Positions 27,857-32,000 of a stretch of DNA of 32,000 bases are shown here, one piece after another. Source of the stretch: an uncultured Tissierellaceae bacterium (GTDB lineage: Bacteria > Bacillota > Clostridia > Tissierellales > Tissierellaceae). The notes under the pieces were generated by a model. It did no database searches and had not been told where the DNA came from. It was given only the letters and a program-made list of their open reading frames with translations. Positions within the stretch are counted from its first letter, which is position 1; each line of letters starts with the position of its first letter. The stretch lies in NCBI GenBank assembly GCA_964575895.1, contig CAZNTE010000007.1, positions 24,723 to 56,722 of the forward strand, in the 5' to 3' direction. The position numbers and the translations under genes were made by a program.

Positions 27857-28400
27857 AATAGATATACCATATGAGATAGATAAAGAATTAGAACACAATG
27901 TTAAAATATTACTAAAACTTTATAGGAAAGTAAATTTTAGGGTTGAGGAAAGAATTCAAGATTTGGAACTAGAGACATATGAATCAAAAAGAAAACATTT
28001 AGAGGAATTAGTAATATCTATTCTAGAAATAGATACTACTATTAATTATGAAAAGATTGAAGATCAACTCATTAGTGTCAGTGAAAGTTTATTCTTACTA
28101 CAAATTATGGACAAGGCTCTGGAGAGATTAAAGAATTATCCAGATAATGGTGAGTTGTATGGAAATATATTAGAGTTAAGATTTTTTAATAAAGAAATAT
28201 ACAGTCATGATATTATTATGAGAAAAGTAAATATGTCTAGATCATCATACTATAGACACCTAAACAAGGCAGTCCAATCTTATAGCACAATGATATTTGG
28301 CTATGCATTACCAGAGGTTCGTGCTATTGTTTTTAATGAAGATTTGGATATAAATTGTATAAAAGTGGCTGAAGGTAATAATGATTATTTTGAGGATTGA
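27831..28400 (+). CDS. ArpU/RinA-like or sigma-70 region-4-like transcriptional regulator
   Basis: 189 aa from ATG 27831, with SD GGGAGGAA upstream. The C-terminal HTH-like segment is IIMRKVNMSRSSYYRHLNKAVQSYSTMIFG (the S.S.YYR..kA pattern of ArpU-type late regulators). It overlaps the previous gene by 26 nt. Confidence 0.6.
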   Translation: MNIRELKNKIDIPYEIDKELEHNVKILLKLYRKVNFRVEERIQDLELETYESKRKHLEELVISILEIDTTINYEKIEDQLISVSESLFLLQIMDKALERLKNYPDNGELYGNILELRFFNKEIYSHDIIMRKVNMSRSSYYRHLNKAVQSYSTMIFGYALPEVRAIVFNEDLDINCIKVAEGNNDYFED

Positions 28401-28407
28401 GATTAAA

Positions 28408-28490
28408 TTGGTACTAATATGAAACTAAAGTGATACTGGGTTAGTACTGTAATGGTACTTTTAACCATATATACTATCCATACTGGGTGA
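28408..28490 (+). repeat. Cluster of six RRTACT-like motifs, three of them at exact 11-nt spacing, plus a 9-nt direct repeat
   Basis: TACT occurs at 28412, 28434, 28445, 28456, 28472 and 28481, in the contexts GGTACT, GATACT, AGTACT, GGTACT, TATACT and CATACT. ATACTGGGT is repeated at 28433-28441 and 28480-28488. Confidence 0.35.
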
Positions 28491-28493
28491 ATT

Positions 28494-28521
28494 ATCCCTG
28501 CTTGACGGCGGGGATTTTTTT
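28494..28521 (+). terminator. Rho-independent terminator 1 downstream of the ArpU-like gene
   Basis: ATCCCTGC / GCGGGGAT forms a stem (one G-U pair) with a 6-nt loop, followed by T7. Confidence 0.65.
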
Positions 28522-28542
28522 ATACCCAAATTTTAAGTGCAT

Positions 28543-28579
28543 AGGCTATGCGACTAATTAAAGTCGTGTGGCTTTTTTT
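28543..28579 (+). terminator. Rho-independent terminator 2 (tandem)
   Basis: AGGCTATGCGACT / AGTCGTGTGGCT forms a 12-13-bp stem (4 G-U pairs) with loop AATTAA, followed by T7. Confidence 0.55.
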
Positions 28580-28598
28580 ATGCCCAAATGGAGGGAAT

Positions 28599-28637
28599 AT
28601 GGTGAGAAGTGTAAGAGCACCACCAGTTTCCTTATGA
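28599..28637 (+). CDS. Candidate 12-codon leader peptide MVRSVRAPPVSL (RAPP motif)
   Basis: SD GGAGGG (28590-28595) lies 3 nt before ATG 28599 and 6 nt before the in-frame GTG 28602. The stop TGA 28635-28637 lies inside the left arm of the downstream SD-sequestering hairpin. Confidence 0.25.
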   Translation: MVRSVRAPPVSL

Positions 28638-28666
28638 ATTTAAGTAAATTTTTAAAATTCATAAGG
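28630..28666 (+). promoter_or_regulatory. Hairpin sequestering the SD of the sigma-like gene
   Basis: Perfect 12-bp inverted repeat CCTTATGAATTT (28630-28641) / AAATTCATAAGG (28655-28666). The right arm overlaps SD AAGGAGG (28663-28669) of ATG 28677. Confidence 0.55.
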
Positions 28667-28676
28667 AGGCTTAACA

Positions 28677-29111
28677 ATGAAAAATAAGAAGGAAAGGGAA
28701 AATTATTATTTGCCTATTGACGGAAAATTAATACCAGTATCTAGAGAGGTTTATGATAACTATTATACCCTAAAAAGAAGAGAACGATATTTAGAAGAAA
28801 ATGACATAAGTAAGGGACTTTTATATTTTAGCAACTTTGATACAGAGGATGGTAATTTTATAGATAATGTTGCAGATAAAACGGTAAATGTAGAAAAGTT
28901 AGTAGAAACAGGAATGATGATAAGGGAATTATACAAGGCTTTAAATTCTTTAAATGAAGATGAAAGAGAATTGATAGAAAGAATCTTTTTTGAGGAAGAG
29001 GCTATCAGAGAAATTGCCCGTAATGAGAAAGTTAGCCATGTAGCAATCCAAAAAAGAAGAAATAGGATACTAAACAAATTAAAAGAAATTCTAAAAGAAT
29101 TAGAATACTAG
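28677..29111 (+). CDS. Sigma-70-family (region 4) RNA polymerase sigma-like factor of mobile elements
   Basis: 144 aa. The C-terminus LNEDERELIERIFFEEEAIREIARNEKVSHVAIQKRRNRILNKLKEIL is a typical sigma region 4.2 HTH. Confidence 0.8.
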   Translation: MKNKKERENYYLPIDGKLIPVSREVYDNYYTLKRRERYLEENDISKGLLYFSNFDTEDGNFIDNVADKTVNVEKLVETGMMIRELYKALNSLNEDERELIERIFFEEEAIREIARNEKVSHVAIQKRRNRILNKLKEILKELEY

Positions 29112-29119
29112 GTTACCAG

Positions 29120-29159
29120 CCCCCTTATTTTTCGGCTTATAAGTAAGGGGGTATTTTTT
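29120..29159 (+). terminator. Terminator after the sigma-like gene
   Basis: CCCCCTTA (29120-29127) / TAAGGGGG (29144-29151) forms the stem, followed by TA and T6. Confidence 0.6.
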
Positions 29160-29374
29160 ATCCCAAATATTTGTACATTGAAAATTTAATAGACCAAGCA
29201 GATACATTCTGTTCAGTATGAGCCTAGAAATAGAGAAATACTTATAATTATTTATTCTCTTATAACTACACTGTGGTACTAGAAGAGCCACAGGCGAAGA
29301 TGTACTGGCAGGTTAAAGATACTTCCGTATAGCCACAGCACGAGCGTTAAAAGCGTCCCACGCAATGGGTACGG

Positions 29375-29394
29375 CTCCTCATAAGAATGAGGAG
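29375..29394 (+). promoter_or_regulatory. Anti-SD hairpin in the leader of the recombinase module
   Basis: CTCCTCAT-AAGA-ATGAGGAG is a perfect 8-bp stem. The right arm overlaps SD GGAGAGG (29391-29397) of the small ORF that starts at 29403. Confidence 0.4.
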
Positions 29395-29402
29395 AGGTAG
29401 AA

Positions 29403-29498
29403 ATGCCTATGGAGTGGTTCTCTAACCATCGTCTGCAATGTCAGAAAACTTATTTACATATTAAGAGAATAGGCAATTTCAATTGGGAGGAGAGATGA
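29403..29498 (+). CDS. Candidate 31-aa ORF (MPMEWFSNHRLQCQKTYLHIKRIGNFNWEER)
   Basis: SD GGAGAGG lies 5 nt before ATG 29403. The stop TGA 29496-29498 overlaps ATG 29495 (ATGA) and lies 3 nt before ATG 29501 of the next gene. It is too short for the ORF track. Confidence 0.3.
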   Translation: MPMEWFSNHRLQCQKTYLHIKRIGNFNWEER

Positions 29499-29500
29499 GA

Positions 29501-29749
29501 ATGAATAAAAATACAAAGAGTCTATTTGAAGATGTGGATTTAACTATAATACCAGATATAAAGGATATTCATATTGATCCCTTACTTCCAATAGAAAAAA
29601 GGATAGAAAAATACATTAAACAAAATCCTTATCCAGAGATATTAAAGATAGGTGATTACCATGTTAAATGTTCATATAGGGAAGGGGCAGGTAGATTAGA
29701 AAATAGATTAGATGAATATTTTAATTATTTGGCTGGAAAACAATATTAA
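29501..29749 (+). CDS. Small conserved protein of the kind found upstream of large serine recombinases in Clostridia-type elements (DUF6870-like, from memory)
   Basis: 82 aa from ATG 29501, with SD GGGAGGAG (29485-29492) 8 nt upstream. IKDIHIDPLLPIEKRIEKYIKQNPYPEILKIGDYHVKCSYREGAGRLENRLDEYFNYL resembles the '...D..LPkEeRi.dfi.q..NPYcf..G...VK.sf......LedrL..yf' pattern. The track's TTG 29483 start would include the SD itself. Confidence 0.65.
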   Translation: MNKNTKSLFEDVDLTIIPDIKDIHIDPLLPIEKRIEKYIKQNPYPEILKIGDYHVKCSYREGAGRLENRLDEYFNYLAGKQY

Positions 29750-29787
29750 AACAACACTTGAATAATAGGACATTATATTGTACAATT

Positions 29788-29817
29788 ATAATCAGGATAG
29801 AGCTTCTACCTGATTAT
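29788..29817. repeat. Perfect 9-bp inverted repeat between the small protein and recombinase genes
   Basis: ATAATCAGG (29788-29796), a 12-nt gap, then CCTGATTAT (29809-29817). Only a T4 run follows, so it is a weak terminator or attenuator, or a protein-binding site. Confidence 0.35.
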
Positions 29818-29854
29818 CCATTTTGCTCGAATAGATGATTGGGAGGAAGCGTAG

Positions 29855-31498
29855 ATGAAAAAAATAAATGTAGCCCTTTATCTTCGTCTATCCAAGGATG
29901 ATGGAGATGAAAGCAGGCAAGAAAGTAATAGTATCACCAATCAAAGAAATTTATTAAGGACGTTTGTAAAGTCCCATGAAAATATGGTTATCTATGATGA
30001 ATATATAGATGACGGATTTAGTGGGGCTAATTTTCAACGTCCTTCTTTTATTAGAATGATTGCTGATATGGAATTAGGACTTATTGATTGTGTCATTACT
30101 AAGGATCTTTCAAGATTTGGAAGGGATTATATTGAGGCTGGAAGGTATATCCAAAGGATATTTCCTAATTATGGAGTTAGATTTATAGCTGTAAATGATA
30201 ATTATGACAGTGCTACAGCTGACCAGGCAGAAGCTAATTTAGTCTTACCAGTTAAGAATTTTGTAAATGATAGTTATTGTAGGGATATATCAACAAAGGT
30301 TAGAACAAGCCAACATATTAAAAGATTAAATGGTGAATATATAGGAAGTTTTCCTGTGTTTGGATATAAGAAGGATCCAAACAATAAAAATCAACTTATT
30401 GTAGATGTAGAGGCATCAGAAATTGTTAAAATGATTTTCCAATGGAAGTTAAAAGGATTTAGCTCAAAGGCAATAGCTGATAAATTAAATGTTCTAAAAA
30501 TAGATTCGCCTCTAACATATAAAAAACGAAAGGGTAGCAAATTTAGGACTAGCTTTAATGATAATAAAGAGACAAAGTGGACAGCTGTAAGTGTTGGTAG
30601 AGTTCTTAGTAATGCTGTTTATATAGGAATATTGGAGCAGGGTAAATCTGCTAAAATTAATTATAAACTTAAAAAGGAAGTTGACAAACCTAAAGAAGAC
30701 TGGATTATAGTTGAAGATGCCCATGAGACAATAGTATCCAAAGAAATATTTGCTAATGTACAAAGATTACTAAAAAGAGATTTAAGATTAGAGGATAGTA
30801 AGAAAAATCCTCATATATTTTCTGGGATGTTATTTTGTTCTGATTGTGGCAGAGCATTAATTAGAAGAGTCAATAACTATAAAGGCAATAAGAGGGTATT
30901 TTATATTTGTTCTAGTTATAACAATGGGAAATCATGTACCCGACATAGTATATCAGAGGATGTGCTAATAGAAATTGTATTATCAGCTTTAAACAAGCAT
31001 ATATCTTTGACTGAATATTATTGGGAGGAAGTAAATAAATTAGCAAATAACAATTTTTCAGAGGAAGATGCTTTAGAGTTAGATAATAGAATAAGATTAT
31101 TAGAAGAAGAAAGAAAAAAATATGAAGCTTTAAAATCATCTTTATATGAAGATATGAAGGATGGATTAATAGATGAAAAAGAATTTGCTAGCTTTAGGTC
31201 AAACTACACCTTGAAAATAGATGAAATAAAACGAGCAATGAAAAATCACCAGGAATTAATCGGCAAAGTGTTCAAAAAGGGAATAGATTCTAAAGAAAAG
31301 ATAAATAACATACTACAATTTAAAAATTTAACAGAATTAGACAGAATGAGTATGGTCTTATTTATAGACAAAATTATAATTGGTGAGAATAAAGAGATAG
31401 AAATAGAATTTAACCATGAAGACGAATTAAATATAATAAGCAAAATTTTAGATGAAACAGATAACTTTATACCACAGGCTAAGAGAGAGGTGGTATAA
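29855..31498 (+). CDS. Large serine recombinase (resolvase N-domain + recombinase domain + zinc ribbon + coiled coil)
   Basis: 547 aa. The catalytic-Ser motif is VALYLRLSKDDG. VITKDLSRFGRDY is also present, and a Cys cluster (CSDCGRAL...YICSSYNNGKSC) forms the zinc ribbon. SD GGGAGGAAG is present. Confidence 0.93.
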   Translation: MKKINVALYLRLSKDDGDESRQESNSITNQRNLLRTFVKSHENMVIYDEYIDDGFSGANFQRPSFIRMIADMELGLIDCVITKDLSRFGRDYIEAGRYIQRIFPNYGVRFIAVNDNYDSATADQAEANLVLPVKNFVNDSYCRDISTKVRTSQHIKRLNGEYIGSFPVFGYKKDPNNKNQLIVDVEASEIVKMIFQWKLKGFSSKAIADKLNVLKIDSPLTYKKRKGSKFRTSFNDNKETKWTAVSVGRVLSNAVYIGILEQGKSAKINYKLKKEVDKPKEDWIIVEDAHETIVSKEIFANVQRLLKRDLRLEDSKKNPHIFSGMLFCSDCGRALIRRVNNYKGNKRVFYICSSYNNGKSCTRHSISEDVLIEIVLSALNKHISLTEYYWEEVNKLANNNFSEEDALELDNRIRLLEEERKKYEALKSSLYEDMKDGLIDEKEFASFRSNYTLKIDEIKRAMKNHQELIGKVFKKGIDSKEKINNILQFKNLTELDRMSMVLFIDKIIIGENKEIEIEFNHEDELNIISKILDETDNFIPQAKREVV

Positions 31499-32000
31499 GT
31501 GGCTAGAACTGCAGATAGATATTTAAAGAAAGATAAGAAAATAGAATATGAAAAAATAGAAAAATTCCATGCAGGAATTTATACAAGGCTATCTTCAGAT
31601 AAAAGATATGGTGAAAGGAAACCATCAGATTCTATAAATGGGCAAATTAATATAGCTATGGAGTATGTAAAGGATCATCCAGAAATCATAATACAAGAAG
31701 TGTATACAGACTATGAATATTCTGGCACTAATTTTGAAAGACCTGCTTTTAAAAGGATGATGGAAGATATAAGGATTGGTAAAATTAATTGTATTATTAT
31801 AAAGGACTTGTCCAGACTAGGAAGAGAATATTTAGAAGTTGGGTCTTTAATAGAGAAAGTATTTCCATTCTTAGGAGTAAGGTTTATTTCAATCAATGAT
31901 AGTTTTGATACTCTTAATCCTCCCAGTGATGGAAAATCTCTAGAGGTGACATTGAAGAATATAGTTAATGATATGTATGCTAAGGATATCGCTAAACGAA
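31499..32000 (+). CDS. Second large serine recombinase, N-terminal 167 codons (3' end beyond the window)
   Basis: It is absent from the ORF track because there is no stop in the window. GTG 31499 immediately follows the TAA of the first recombinase. I translated the frame by hand and it is open to nt 32000. Motifs are AGIYTRLSSDK, IIIKDLSRLGREY and VRFISINDSFD. Confidence 0.88.
   Translation, partial: MARTADRYLKKDKKIEYEKIEKFHAGIYTRLSSDKRYGERKPSDSINGQINIAMEYVKDHPEIIIQEVYTDYEYSGTNFERPAFKRMMEDIRIGKINCIIIKDLSRLGREYLEVGSLIEKVFPFLGVRFISINDSFDTLNPPSDGKSLEVTLKNIVNDMYAKDIAKR

Noticed and set aside
28763-29291. Minus-strand ORFs 28763-29077 and 29100-29291
   Set aside because: The first is antisense to the sigma-like gene. 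The second runs through the terminator hairpin and T-run and has no SD.
29330-29375. Possible cyclic-di-GMP riboswitch (the ACGCAA...GGGTACGGC stretch recalled GEMM-like cores) or a small self-cleaving ribozyme
   Set aside because: I could not reconstruct the required conserved helices or core nucleotides by eye (there is no CUGAUGA/GAAA hammerhead core, for example). It is left as an unclassified structured leader.
30512-31896. Minus-strand ORFs 30512-30763, 30912-31139, 31246-31443 and 31711-31896
   Set aside because: All are antisense to the two serine recombinase genes and are composition artefacts.
1-32000. CRISPR arrays, tRNA/rRNA genes, IS elements with terminal inverted repeats
   Set aside because: Scanning the intergenic regions showed no regularly spaced direct repeats of 25-40 nt, no cloverleaf-like GC-rich segment and no transposase-like ORF. 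The only recombinases are the serine recombinases at the right end.

Overview
Strongly AT-rich segment that looks like low-GC Bacillota (inference). It reads as part of an integrative conjugative or mobilizable element carrying defence cargo. Contents from left to right: (1) The 3' part of a giant SNF2-helicase 'polyvalent' protein, whose 5' end lies off the window, then a small ORF and a RadC/JAB-domain protein. (2) A cargo operon bounded by a terminator and a promoter: a small XRE/HTH regulator, a complete canonical type 1 BREX (brxA-brxB-brxC-pglX-pglZ-brxL), and an Abi_2 (AbiD/F-like) gene whose ATG overlaps the brxL stop. (3) A minus-strand mobilization module: small membrane protein, inverted-repeat-rich candidate oriT, MobC and a MobA/VirD2-family relaxase. 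(4) An HTH-WYL regulator followed by a 598-aa protein with a DUF4365-like PD-(D/E)xK N-terminus and about 430 aa that I cannot assign. This pair is my best candidate for an undescribed defence system. (5) A leftward XRE - ImmA/IrrE metallopeptidase - unknown 192-aa operon. It meets a rightward cascade through face-to-face consensus promoters with palindromic operators. (6) The rightward cascade: two paralogous S24/UmuD'-like small proteins, an ArpU/sigma-region-4-like regulator, a TACT repeat cluster and two tandem terminators. These are followed by a short RAPP-containing leader ORF ending inside a hairpin that sequesters the SD of a sigma-70-like gene, a third terminator, and a GC-enriched leader with an anti-SD hairpin. 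The cascade ends with a small DUF6870-like protein and two tandem large serine recombinases, the second cut by the window end. I saw no rRNA, tRNA or CRISPR array. All family assignments come from motif recognition by eye, not from database searches.
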